This document shows positions 1 through 9,505 of a stretch of DNA of 64,000 nucleotides, piece by piece. The notes under the pieces were generated by a model. The model had not been told where the DNA came from. It worked only from the letters and a program-made list of their open reading frames with translations, and ran no database searches. Every line of letters begins with the position of its first letter. Positions within the stretch are counted from its first letter, which is position 1. Origin of the DNA: an uncultured Christensenellaceae bacterium (GTDB taxonomy: Bacteria > Bacillota > Clostridia > Christensenellales > CAG-1252); NCBI GenBank assembly GCA_964368645.1, contig CAYJBY010000011.1, positions 19,239 to 83,238 on the forward strand, in the 5' to 3' direction. The position numbers were made by a program, and so were the translations under genes.

Positions 1-437
1 AGAGCTTTCCTGTCCGCTTCACGGCAAAAGAAAAACAGTCTGTCCGCGTTCAGCTTAAGAGCGGTGCGGAAGCCGATAGCGGCGTCCTCTTCTGTTAGAT
101 TACCGAACTTTATATTGTTAAACGCTACGGATTTCGTTTTTCCGTTCATCACCAAACAGTCGTCTGCTTGGGTAATTTCCGTAACCGATTGCAGAATGGT
201 AAGTATCAATCTATCGGTGTACTCCTTGCCGTAGAGAAGAGAGGTTTTGAAAAAATATCTTTTGCTTTTGCCGTTTCGTGCTATGGGCGTTGCCGTCTTG
301 TAAGCAAAGAAACCGCCGATAAGCAAAACGATGGATAGCGTCAACCCGAAAACAAAGCTGTCGGTTAAGTACGAAATCAGTGCGAAAACCACTGCAAATG
401 CGGCTGCAACCGCTAAAATGTAATCAAATAATTTCAT
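1..437 (-). CDS. Hypothetical membrane protein (3' end runs off the window)
   Basis: Manual translation from ATG 437: MKLFDYILAVAAAFAVVFALISYLTDSFVFGLTLSIVLLIGGFFAYK..., two N-terminal hydrophobic helices, frame open to the window edge; not in the ORF track. Confidence 0.7.
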   Translation of the reverse strand, partial: MKLFDYILAVAAAFAVVFALISYLTDSFVFGLTLSIVLLIGGFFAYKTATPIARNGKSKRYFFKTSLLYGKEYTDRLILTILQSVTEITQADDCLVMNGKTKSVAFNNIKFGNLTEEDAAIGFRTALKLNADRLFFFCREADRKA

Positions 438-481
438 ATTAGAATATTTGCCCTCTACGGGGAAATTTATATGCTTGTATA

Positions 482-510
482 TTGAAATTTTTCGTAAAAA
501 TCGTTATAAT
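482..510 (+). promoter_or_regulatory. Sigma-A promoter of nadD, leaderless geometry
   Basis: TTGAAA(482-487)-17 bp-TATAAT(505-510); ATG 517 follows after 6 nt, no SD. Confidence 0.7.
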
Positions 511-516
511 AAACGT

Positions 517-1644
517 ATGACGTCAAAAGTAGGTATTTTCGGCGGAGCGTTTGACCCTCCCCATTCGGAACATATACGCATTTGCCGCGAGACAGCGGCG
601 GAGCTTTGCTTGTCGCGCATTATTTTAGTTCCCTCAGGCGACGCGCCTCATAAGGTCACGCTGACTCCATTCGCAGACAGGTTACAGCTCCTTAACGCGA
701 CGGTAGGGGGTGATTCTCTTTTTGAAATCGATACGATAGAGAGCACTTTGGAAGGAAAAACCTACTCTTATAACGTAATTCGGTTACTGAAAGAAAAGTA
801 CGGTGATATAGTATTTTTGATTGGCGCGGACAGTTTGGTTAATCTCTATACCTGGTACCGTTACGCCGATTTGATTAAGCTTTGCCCATTTGCGGTCATA
901 GGCAGAGGCTCCGTTGCGGACGAAAAGGTGCTTAACGCGGCAAAACGGCTTAACGCAATGGGCGGCGATATAACGCTTTTAAGCGTTAAGGGCGAGTGTG
1001 TTTCCTCTTCTATGGCAAGAGCCGCGGTAGAGCTTGGGGTTGAAGACTCCTTCGTATCACCCGAATGTCTTGCGAAAATCAAGGAGCTTGGTCTGTATCA
1101 CAACTACGCAGAGCACGTTGATAAGGTTAAGAACGCACTTTCCGCGGAGAGATTTAAGCATACCTGCGGAGTGGTGTTCAAAGCGTTGGAGTACAACTCG
1201 GTTTTGGGCTTACCCTACGAAAAGGTCTTTTTATCCGCGTTGCTTCACGACTGCGCAAAATACCTTAATAAGGTACACTGCGGTGTTCCCCTCGATTGTA
1301 TAGGTACGCCTGTGATGCACGCCTTTAACGGCGCGGAGGAAGCGCGAATCAACTACGGCATAACGGACGGCGAAATAATCAGCGCGATAAGATACCATAC
1401 TACAGGCAAGCCTGCAATGAGCCTGTTGGACAAGCTTATTTACTGCGCGGATTTAGTGGAACCGTCGAGAGATTTTAAGGGCGTTGAGGAATTGCGCAAC
1501 GCCTTAAGCGAGGATTTTGAGCAGGGATTCAGAGCCTGCTTAAAGGTTTGCTATGACCATCTGCTGACATCGGGTAAGGCTGTTTATCCCTTAACCGTAG
1601 ATTGCTATAACTATTATTTCAAAGGAGGGCGCAACGATGACTAA
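517..1644 (+). CDS. nadD: Fused nicotinate-nucleotide adenylyltransferase NadD / HD-domain Ap4A hydrolase YqeK
   Basis: N-terminal GIFGGAFDPPH, IGADS, VSSS; C-terminal RFKHT, LLHDCAK, IRYHTTG, IYCADLVEPSR; start moved to ATG 517. Confidence 0.9.
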   Translation: MTSKVGIFGGAFDPPHSEHIRICRETAAELCLSRIILVPSGDAPHKVTLTPFADRLQLLNATVGGDSLFEIDTIESTLEGKTYSYNVIRLLKEKYGDIVFLIGADSLVNLYTWYRYADLIKLCPFAVIGRGSVADEKVLNAAKRLNAMGGDITLLSVKGECVSSSMARAAVELGVEDSFVSPECLAKIKELGLYHNYAEHVDKVKNALSAERFKHTCGVVFKALEYNSVLGLPYEKVFLSALLHDCAKYLNKVHCGVPLDCIGTPVMHAFNGAEEARINYGITDGEIISAIRYHTTGKPAMSLLDKLIYCADLVEPSRDFKGVEELRNALSEDFEQGFRACLKVCYDHLLTSGKAVYPLTVDCYNYYFKGGRNDD

Positions 1645-1993
1645 TAAGGAGTTCGCCGAAAAAATCGCCTCTATACTGGACGAAAAAAACATTAAGGATC
1701 TTACTCTTGTGGACGTATCGGAGAAAAGCACCGTTACCTACTACTTTGTGTTAGGCACCGCACGCACCGCTTCCGCGGTGAAGGCCGCCGCAGATTACCT
1801 TGAGGAACAGCTTGATAAGCAGGGGATTTATTCCGAGGGGAAGGACGGTGTGCGCGAGGGACGCTGGATAGTTTTGGACTACAGCGAGGTTATGGTTCAC
1901 ATTTTCACCGCCGATTTAAGGGCAGTTTACAAACTGGAAAACCTTTGGGCTGAGCCGGGGAACGTCAATATCACGGAGTATAAGGCTGATTAA
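1637..1993 (+). CDS. rsfS: Ribosome silencing factor RsfS
   Basis: WIVLDYSEVMVHIF...YKLENLW motif; follows nadD/yqeK as usual. Confidence 0.92.
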   Translation: MTNKEFAEKIASILDEKNIKDLTLVDVSEKSTVTYYFVLGTARTASAVKAAADYLEEQLDKQGIYSEGKDGVREGRWIVLDYSEVMVHIFTADLRAVYKLENLWAEPGNVNITEYKAD

Positions 1994-2018
1994 CTGATTT
2001 TTCGTCCATACTACAAGT

Positions 2019-2342
2019 ATGATGACGGATTTTTCTTATAATATCAGCTCCGTTTCTCCCGAAACGGCATACGTGGAAGAATTAAGCACAAGATGCGGCA
2101 CCGTTGATAAGGCGGTGGCTTTTGAGTATGACGGAACGTATATAGTTGCCGTCAAGCTACAGCCGTTATTTACTCGCTCTGAACGGCAGGCGGCGTTATC
2201 GTCCGTCAAGTCCAATCTGGCGGCATACGGCTTTTCGGCGTTGGTAACGGCGGATTTGGATATTTTCGGCGCGGTGCTAAGACTGCGCGAGGGACGGGAA
2301 AGCGCAGAGACGATTTACAGGGAGGTAATCAATCGGATATGA
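2019..2342 (+). CDS. YhcN/YlaJ-like sporulation protein (no obvious lipoprotein signal)
   Basis: AVA...IVAVKL...LVTADLDIF resembles the YhcN/YlaJ core; CATACTA -10-like box upstream. Confidence 0.5.
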   Translation: MMTDFSYNISSVSPETAYVEELSTRCGTVDKAVAFEYDGTYIVAVKLQPLFTRSERQAALSSVKSNLAAYGFSALVTADLDIFGAVLRLREGRESAETIYREVINRI

Positions 2343-3631
2343 CCAATATAATTACCCTTATCGAACGAAAAAAAGCGCATAATGAGCTGACGGAGGAAGA
2401 AATCCGTTATTTGGTTGACGCAACGGTGGACGGCTCTGCCGCCGACTGTCAACTATCCGCGTTTCTTATGGCGGTATGCCTTAACGGTATGACCGACAAG
2501 GAAGCGGCGTGCTTGACGCGCTGTATGGCGGATAGCGGCGACAAGGTGGATTTGTCCTCGGTTAAGGGAGTTACGGTTGACAAACACAGCACGGGAGGGG
2601 TTGGCGACAGCACCACGTTTGTGGTTTTGCCTGTCTTGGCTTCTATGGGCTACCGCTTTGCGAAAATGAGCGGCAGAAGTTTGGGGCATACAGGCGGAAC
2701 GATAGACAAGCTGGAATCCATTAAGGGTTTTAGAACCGAGCTAAGCACCGAGGAGTTTTTTACTTTTGTAAACAAAAGCGGAATCGCTCTTACGGGGCAA
2801 AGCGCGAAAATCTGTCCTGCCGACAAAAGACTTTACGCAATTAGAGATATTACAGCTACAGTGGACAGTATTCCGCTGATAGCTTCCAGTATTATGAGCA
2901 AAAAACTGGCAGGCGGAGCGGATAATATCGTGTTGGACGTGAAGTGCGGCAACGGTGCGTTTATGACCAATCAGGATTACGCGGAACGGCTGGCTGTCAA
3001 AATGGTGGAAATAGGCAAGCATTCGGGAAAAAACGTCTGCGCGGTGATAACCGATATGAATCAGCCGCTTGACAGCTACGTAGGCAACAGCTTAGAAGTT
3101 TTGGGCGCGCTTGAGGTGCTTGAGGGTGCGAAAAATCGACTTTATTCCGTTTCAAGGGCTTTGGTTATTGCGTTGCTAGTATCAATCGGGCTTGAAGCAA
3201 AGTCCGCAGAAGCCGCGTTCGAGGCGGAAATAGAATCGGGCAGGGCTAAGGCGAAATTCCTTGAGTTCGTGGAACAGCAGGGCGGCGACGTGAGCTGTCT
3301 AAATGCTGAATACCTTACAGACTCTCGTTTTAAGGCGGTAATTACAGCCAAAAAGGAAGGCTACATAAGCGGTATGGAGTGCAAAAAAATCGGCGAATTC
3401 GCAGGAGCCTTGGGCGCAGGACGGACTCACGACGGCGATGTAATTAAGCCGAAAGCAGGACTGAAACTGCACGTTAGTATCGGTACTTACGTTAATACGG
3501 GCGACGTTTTGGCTGACGTGTTCTACGAGGAACAAGCCGCGGAAAGTCTGTTTGATCACTTCGAGAACCTTATTTCTTATTCGGATAAGCCTGTCAAACA
3601 GCCGCCCTTAGTGATTAAATCCGTTTTTTAA
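2339..3631 (+). CDS. pdp: Pyrimidine-nucleoside (thymidine) phosphorylase
   Basis: DKHSTGGVGD, KMSGRSLGHTGGTIDKLESI, IASSIMSKK motifs. Confidence 0.95.
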   Translation: MTNIITLIERKKAHNELTEEEIRYLVDATVDGSAADCQLSAFLMAVCLNGMTDKEAACLTRCMADSGDKVDLSSVKGVTVDKHSTGGVGDSTTFVVLPVLASMGYRFAKMSGRSLGHTGGTIDKLESIKGFRTELSTEEFFTFVNKSGIALTGQSAKICPADKRLYAIRDITATVDSIPLIASSIMSKKLAGGADNIVLDVKCGNGAFMTNQDYAERLAVKMVEIGKHSGKNVCAVITDMNQPLDSYVGNSLEVLGALEVLEGAKNRLYSVSRALVIALLVSIGLEAKSAEAAFEAEIESGRAKAKFLEFVEQQGGDVSCLNAEYLTDSRFKAVITAKKEGYISGMECKKIGEFAGALGAGRTHDGDVIKPKAGLKLHVSIGTYVNTGDVLADVFYEEQAAESLFDHFENLISYSDKPVKQPPLVIKSVF

Positions 3632-3662
3632 TTCCCAATAGGGTAAGCAATAAAGAGTTAAA

Positions 3663-3696
3663 AACAGTTTTCAAGTTAAAACTGTTATGGTATAAT
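3663..3696 (+). promoter_or_regulatory. smc promoter (extended -10) overlapped by a 9-bp inverted repeat
   Basis: TG-G-TATAAT 3688-3696; AACAGTTTT-N6-AAAACTGTT 3663-3686. Confidence 0.6.
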
Positions 3697-3728
3697 GTAT
3701 ATTACATTATTTCAATGAGAGGTCACTT

Positions 3729-6700
3729 GTGAGCTTAGTTAAAATCGAGATGCAGGGCTTTAAGTCCTTTGCACCGAAAACCACCATTAATTTTAAGGAC
3801 GGATTCACCGGCATAGTCGGTCCCAACGGTTGCGGTAAGAGCAACGTAGTTGACGCTATTCGATGGGTTTTGGGCGAGAGAAGCGCGAAACAAATCCGCG
3901 GCGACAAGATGGTTGACGTCATTTTTGACGGAACCGAAACGCGTAAGCAAATGGGCTACGCGGAGGTTTCCCTCACCTTTGACAACACCGACAGAATGTT
4001 CGCCTTGGAACTTGACGAGATTATCGTTTCGCGTAAACTGTTCCGCTCGGGTAAGTCCGGCTACTGCATCAACAATAACCCCACAAAACTATCCGATATT
4101 ATCAACTTAATGCGCGATACCGGAGCAGGTAAGGAGGGCTATTCGATTATCGGTCAGGGCAAGGTGGCGGAGATTATGGACGCCAAGCCCGAGGATCGCC
4201 GTTCGATTTTCGAGGAAGCGGCAGGTATAGCCAAGACCAAAGCGGAGAAACGCGCGACCGAGAGCAAGCTCACCGCGATTGCGGTTGAGATCCAGCGCGG
4301 ACGTGATATTTTAGCGGAGAAGGACGCGATTTTAGCCCCCTTGGTAAGACAGGTCGAGAACGTCAAAAAATACAACGAGTTTAAGGGGCGTTTGAAATAT
4401 CAGGAGATTAACTATTATCTTTACAACACCGTTCACAGTCAGCAGATTAAGGCATTAAGCGAGCAGAGAATTAAGGAACTGACGGAGATTATTTCCGACA
4501 AGCAAAAGGAACTTGAAGAGAACGACAGACATACAGCGTTCTTAAGAGGACAAGCGGAGAATATCGAGAACGAAGTCAGAGATTATATGAAGCAGGAGGG
4601 CGACCTCCGTGAAGCCGCGGCAAAGGCAAGCGGCGAAATCAACGTCTATAACGAGAAACTAAACGCGATTTTGAAAGAGATTGAGCGTTTAACCGCGGAA
4701 AAAACCGCTTTAGACGAGTCCGTAGCGGATCTTGAAGCAGAGAGAACGGAAGCGGAGAATATTCTGGAAATCAAACGCGCGGAGCTGTTTAACGTCAATC
4801 TCAATCTTAACGAGCTTAACGCCAGACTTAACGCCGTCAACGTGGATTTGGCAGGTACCGAAAGCTCTGTCGAGCAGGGTAACGAGGAGCTTTACTCCGC
4901 GATTAATCAGCTCACGGGCGTAAAAACCGATGAAGCCAAGCTGACTACGGAGTCCGCCGCTTTAAGAGAGCGCAAGTTGGCTTTGGACAGCGATATTTTG
5001 GCAACGAGAGCCAACCTTGAGAACGAAAACAAGCGTTTAAGCGACGCTCGTGGCAAGATAGAGTCCATTGACCGCGCCCGTGCGGATACCCGTATCAAGC
5101 GTAATGCGTTAAGCGCGTCTCTTAACGAGACCATCACTCTTACCCGTCAGAACAACGAGGTTAAGCAAAAGCTTGCCGCTTCTGTCGCAATGCAGGAGGA
5201 GCGCGTAAGGTCTGTTAAGGATTCCCTTAATTCCTACAATACATATCAAAGCTCGGTAAGACAGCTTATGTCCGATGCGGAGACTAACCGCACGTTATCC
5301 AATAACATTATTGGCGTTGTCGGTCATCTTATGCAGGTTCCCGAAAAGTACGCTTTGGCGGTTGAAATGGCACTTGGCAATTCTATTCAGAACATAGTTG
5401 TGCCTGACGAGGACGCGGCTAAGGTGCTAATCGGGTATATGCAAAGCAATCAATACGGACGTATTACCTGTATGCCCAACAACCGTATAACGGGGCAGAA
5501 GCTTTCGGCGGAATACCGCGATGCTTTACGTATCAGCGGCGTATGCGGCATAGCCTCCGACCTTGTGAATTGTGACGAGGCGCGTAAAAACGTAATCACC
5601 AATCTGCTAGGCAGAACCCTTATCGTTGAGAATATCGATACGGGCAAACAGCTGGCGAACACCTACGATTACGGCTTCAAAATCGTTACCTTGGACGGCA
5701 CGATTTTCGATCCTCGCCGTACGATTACAGGCGGCAGTGTTAAGGAACGCAGTGCGGCACATCTCGGACGCGAGAAAGAGCTTAACGACGCACAGCAGAA
5801 GCTGGACGCCGATAAGGCGGAGCTTAAGCGCGTAATGCAGCTTTTGGAACAGCTTGAAAACAAGTACAACGACCTCCAGAAGCTTCAGGCAACCTACCGT
5901 GACGAGCTTAACAAAATGGATATTGATCAGGCTGCGGCGGCTACCACTATCGAGACCTTATCCGGTACGACTCAATCCTTGGCGGCAAGGCTAGAGTCTA
6001 TGGAAAGGGAACGCGCAAACGTGGAATTGCGTTTAAGCGCGGCTGAGGCGGCACTTAAGAACGTGGCGGCGCAGACCACTAATATAGAAGGTCAACAGCG
6101 CAGTGCCGGCGAGGAAAGAGAAAAGGCGAAGATGGAAACCGCCACCAAGAAGAAACTTCGCGATACGGTTATCGAGAGTATAACCAATCTCAAGGTTTTA
6201 ATTGCCGGACTTGAAAACGAGATTACGCGTATCGAGAACGACGTTAAGCGTCTTAATACCGAACGCAGTGAGGACGGCAAACAATTAGCGCAGGTGGAAC
6301 TTAATCTTAGGGAGCAGAACGAGCGTTTGACCGCGCACGAGGCTACCAAGCCTACGATTACCTTCTCCGAAAAGGATCAAGAGCAAATCAACGAGATTCA
6401 CGAGTCTATTGCCGCTTTAGACGCGAAAAAGGAAGAAATCCGTCTTAAACAGGAAGAAATCGACAAGACAAGCCGCGCTATTAACGATTCGATTATTCAA
6501 TATACCGAATCCCGTTCAAAAGCCGAATCCAGAGTGGAGAAGCTTACAGCCGACTTAACGGCGATGGAAGAGAAGATTTGGAACGATTATTCCATCACCT
6601 ACGAGGAAGCGCAGACAATGAAGGACGACGATTTCGTACCGTCCGAGGCTCCTCACGAGATAGCCTCTCTTAAGGGCAAAATTGGTCAGTTGGGCAATAT

Positions 6701-7328
6701 CAATTTCAATGCGATGGAAGACTACGAGCGCGAATCTACCGAACGTGACCGTTGGGCGAAACAGATTGAGGATTTGAGCGCGGCGGAATCCGATTTGCTG
6801 ACTCTTCTTAAGACGATTACGGACACGATGACCGAAAAATTCGACACCGCGTTCACTCAAATTAATACCAATTTCCAAAAGACTTTCTCCGACCTATTTG
6901 GCGGCGGCAGGGCGGAACTGGTCTTGGTTGACAACGAAAGCGAGCCTTTGGAAAAGGGCGTGGATATAAAAATGCAGCCTCCGGGCAAGAATATGCGTGC
7001 TTTAAGCGCGTTCAGCGGCGGCGAGCAGGCATTGACGTCTATTGCGATTTTGTTCGCAATTTTGAAACTACGTCCGATGCCGTTTGCAATACTGGACGAG
7101 ATAGACGCGGCCTTGGACGAGGCCAACGCAAAGCGTTTCGCGTTGTACCTCAAGCGGTACTCCACGGAAACAAAGTTTATCGTCATCACCCACAAGAAAC
7201 CCACGATGGAAGTTGCCGACGTGCTTTACGGCGTAACTATGGAGGAGCAGGGCGTATCCAGATTGCTTACCGTTTCGCTCAAGGAAGCCGTTTCCTTCGC
7301 AAAAAAGAATGATACCGAGTCAAAATAG
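3729..7328 (+). CDS. smc: Chromosome segregation protein SMC
   Basis: GFKSF, GPNGCGKSN Walker A, coiled coils, hinge, FSGGEQ, ILDEIDAALD; GTG start; upstream of ftsY. Confidence 0.97.
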   Translation: MSLVKIEMQGFKSFAPKTTINFKDGFTGIVGPNGCGKSNVVDAIRWVLGERSAKQIRGDKMVDVIFDGTETRKQMGYAEVSLTFDNTDRMFALELDEIIVSRKLFRSGKSGYCINNNPTKLSDIINLMRDTGAGKEGYSIIGQGKVAEIMDAKPEDRRSIFEEAAGIAKTKAEKRATESKLTAIAVEIQRGRDILAEKDAILAPLVRQVENVKKYNEFKGRLKYQEINYYLYNTVHSQQIKALSEQRIKELTEIISDKQKELEENDRHTAFLRGQAENIENEVRDYMKQEGDLREAAAKASGEINVYNEKLNAILKEIERLTAEKTALDESVADLEAERTEAENILEIKRAELFNVNLNLNELNARLNAVNVDLAGTESSVEQGNEELYSAINQLTGVKTDEAKLTTESAALRERKLALDSDILATRANLENENKRLSDARGKIESIDRARADTRIKRNALSASLNETITLTRQNNEVKQKLAASVAMQEERVRSVKDSLNSYNTYQSSVRQLMSDAETNRTLSNNIIGVVGHLMQVPEKYALAVEMALGNSIQNIVVPDEDAAKVLIGYMQSNQYGRITCMPNNRITGQKLSAEYRDALRISGVCGIASDLVNCDEARKNVITNLLGRTLIVENIDTGKQLANTYDYGFKIVTLDGTIFDPRRTITGGSVKERSAAHLGREKELNDAQQKLDADKAELKRVMQLLEQLENKYNDLQKLQATYRDELNKMDIDQAAAATTIETLSGTTQSLAARLESMERERANVELRLSAAEAALKNVAAQTTNIEGQQRSAGEEREKAKMETATKKKLRDTVIESITNLKVLIAGLENEITRIENDVKRLNTERSEDGKQLAQVELNLREQNERLTAHEATKPTITFSEKDQEQINEIHESIAALDAKKEEIRLKQEEIDKTSRAINDSIIQYTESRSKAESRVEKLTADLTAMEEKIWNDYSITYEEAQTMKDDDFVPSEAPHEIASLKGKIGQLGNINFNAMEDYERESTERDRWAKQIEDLSAAESDLLTLLKTITDTMTEKFDTAFTQINTNFQKTFSDLFGGGRAELVLVDNESEPLEKGVDIKMQPPGKNMRALSAFSGGEQALTSIAILFAILKLRPMPFAILDEIDAALDEANAKRFALYLKRYSTETKFIVITHKKPTMEVADVLYGVTMEEQGVSRLLTVSLKEAVSFAKKNDTESK

Positions 7329-7336
7329 GAGATAAT

Positions 7337-8230
7337 ATGGGTTTATTTTCCAAGATAGTTGAGGGATTAAAAAAGACAAAGGAAGCGTTTTCGCGCCGTT
7401 TTTACGAGCTTTTTAAGGGCTCTAAGCTGGACGACGAGTTCTATGACGAGCTGGAAAGCGTATTGCTGTCCGCTGACGTAGGCGCAGTTGCTTCCGAGCA
7501 GATATTGACTTCTTTAAAGGACGAATGCTTTAATAACCGTATTTCCACACCTGAACAAGCTAAGGGCGTTTTCCGTCAAATACTTATCGATATGATAGAT
7601 TACGAAATCGAGCCTTTTTCCTATCCGCTTTGTCTGTTGGTGGTGGGTGTCAACGGTGTCGGCAAGACAACCGCTATCGGTAAGCTTGCATCTTATTTTA
7701 CAGCGAAGGGCAAAAGCGTTGTGCTTGCGGCAGGAGATACCTTCCGCGCTGCGGCAGCGGAACAGCTTGGCGTTTGGGGCGACAGAAGTAACGTGAGAGT
7801 GGTTAAACACGAGGAAGGTTCGGACGCGGCGGCTGTTGTTTTTGACGCTATTGCCAGTGCAAAGGCGCATCATACCGACGTACTTCTTGTGGATACCGCA
7901 GGGCGTTTACATAACAAGAAGAATCTAATGGAAGAGCTGAAAAAGATTACCCATTTGGTGGAACGCGAGTATCCCGAGGCGGATTACCGCAAGTATATCG
8001 TTTTGGACGCAACAACAGGTCAAAACGGACTAAATCAGGTGGATATTTTTAACGAATGCGTAGATATTGACGGCATCATTCTGACAAAATTAGACGGTAC
8101 CGCAAAGGGCGGCGTTGTGCTTGCCATCTGCGCGGAAAAGGATATTCCAGTATGCTACATAGGCGTAGGCGAGGGCAAGGACGATTTACTTCAATTCAAC
8201 GCCGAAAACTTTGTAGATTCTCTGCTGTAG
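7337..8230 (+). CDS. ftsY: SRP receptor FtsY
   Basis: GVNGVGKTT, DTFRAAA, DTAGR, TKLDGTAKGG. Confidence 0.97.
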   Translation: MGLFSKIVEGLKKTKEAFSRRFYELFKGSKLDDEFYDELESVLLSADVGAVASEQILTSLKDECFNNRISTPEQAKGVFRQILIDMIDYEIEPFSYPLCLLVVGVNGVGKTTAIGKLASYFTAKGKSVVLAAGDTFRAAAAEQLGVWGDRSNVRVVKHEEGSDAAAVVFDAIASAKAHHTDVLLVDTAGRLHNKKNLMEELKKITHLVEREYPEADYRKYIVLDATTGQNGLNQVDIFNECVDIDGIILTKLDGTAKGGVVLAICAEKDIPVCYIGVGEGKDDLLQFNAENFVDSLL

Positions 8231-8257
8231 TTGTTTTTTTACGTAACATAACACGAT

Positions 8258-9058
8258 ATGGACGTCAATCAATATCTTATCAACCATTATAACAGCTACG
8301 ATGAGGATAGCCGTTTGCTGTCAAAACACGGTTCGGTTGAGTTTTTAACTACGATGAGATATATTGACAAGTATTTGAAACCCAACGACCGTATTATAGA
8401 AATCGGCGCAGGAACAGGTCGGTATTCTCACGCTTTGGCCCTTAAGGGCTACGAGGTTGACGCATTAGAGTTAGTTCAGCACAATATCGACGTTTTTAAG
8501 CAACACACCCAACAATCTGAACGAATTACCGTTACGCAAGGGAACGCGCTGAAATTGTCCTCTTTTGCGGACGACAGTTACGACGTCACTTTGCTTTTGG
8601 GACCAATGTATCACCTTTACAATAATGAGGATAAAAGACGGGCGATTAGCGAGGCTGTTCGCGTTACCAAGCCGAGCGGCGTTATTTTTGTTGCTTACGT
8701 TATCTCGGACGGCTGTCTGATTGACGAGGGTTTTAACCGCGGAAACGTCAGCGTATCCTCTTATATCGAGAACGGTTTAATCGACGCGGAAACTTTTGCC
8801 GCCACCTCTCGGCCTAAGGACTTATTCGATTTGGTCAGAAAGGAAGACGTGGACGATTTAATGCGCGATTTTCCCGTCAAAAGATTGCATTACGTTTCTG
8901 CTGACGGTTGCGCCCTTTTGATACGCGAGTCCTTGGACGCGATGAGCGAAACGGATTTTGAGCTGTACCTTAAATATCATTTTGCCACTTGCGAGCGTGA
9001 AGATATGCTGGGGTTTACGAGCCACGCTTTGGATATATTCCGTAAAGAGTCCAGATAA
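8258..9058 (+). CDS. Class I SAM-dependent methyltransferase
   Basis: IIEIGAGTGRYS motif I, LLGPMYHL. Confidence 0.88.
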   Translation: MDVNQYLINHYNSYDEDSRLLSKHGSVEFLTTMRYIDKYLKPNDRIIEIGAGTGRYSHALALKGYEVDALELVQHNIDVFKQHTQQSERITVTQGNALKLSSFADDSYDVTLLLGPMYHLYNNEDKRRAISEAVRVTKPSGVIFVAYVISDGCLIDEGFNRGNVSVSSYIENGLIDAETFAATSRPKDLFDLVRKEDVDDLMRDFPVKRLHYVSADGCALLIRESLDAMSETDFELYLKYHFATCEREDMLGFTSHALDIFRKESR

Positions 9059-9167
9059 AAACTATTTACAAATATCTGTTACTGTTAATAATCTATTACT
9101 GTTTACTAACTATCACTCTTTTACTAACTTTCAGCATTATACTTTCGGAGTTGTTTATATTTTTCCT

Positions 9168-9248
9168 GTTGAAAGTGGGTTGTCTAAACTTATTAATCAG
9201 CGTTATTTATAAATTTATCGTTGAAAGTCGATTGTCTAAACTTATTAA
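9168..9248. repeat. Two 29-bp direct repeats (2 mismatches), 23 bp apart
   Basis: GTTGAAAGTGGGTTGTCTAAACTTATTAA 9168-9196 and GTTGAAAGTCGATTGTCTAAACTTATTAA 9220-9248. Confidence 0.85.
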
Positions 9249-9334
9249 AAAGAATAATATAAGTAAAGCTACAATAAAACAAAAAAACCGTATCGGTTAG
9301 TGTAGGGTTTTTGCATTATAAAACATTTTGTCGG

Positions 9335-9505
9335 TGTAGTTTGCTTGTATAGTTTTCCTATTTGTAAGTAGTCTATTTGTTTAGTCTGCTTTTGCAGTTT
9401 GTCTGCCTGTAGGTATAGCTGTTTGACAGTAAGTCCAGTTTGTTTGCTTAGTTCGCTTGTCTGCGTAGTCTGCTTGTGTAGTCTGTCTATTTTAACGTAA
9501 GTCTG
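9335..9505. repeat. Degenerate ~13-bp tandem repeat (consensus about GTAGTCTGCTTGT)
   Basis: Units gtagtttgcttgt, gtagtctatttgt, ttagtctgctttt, ttagttcgcttgt, gtagtctgcttgt, gtagtctgtctat. Confidence 0.7.

Noticed and set aside
9168-9248. CRISPR array
   Set aside because: Only two imperfect repeats, a 23-bp spacer and no cas genes; kept only as an unexplained repeat.
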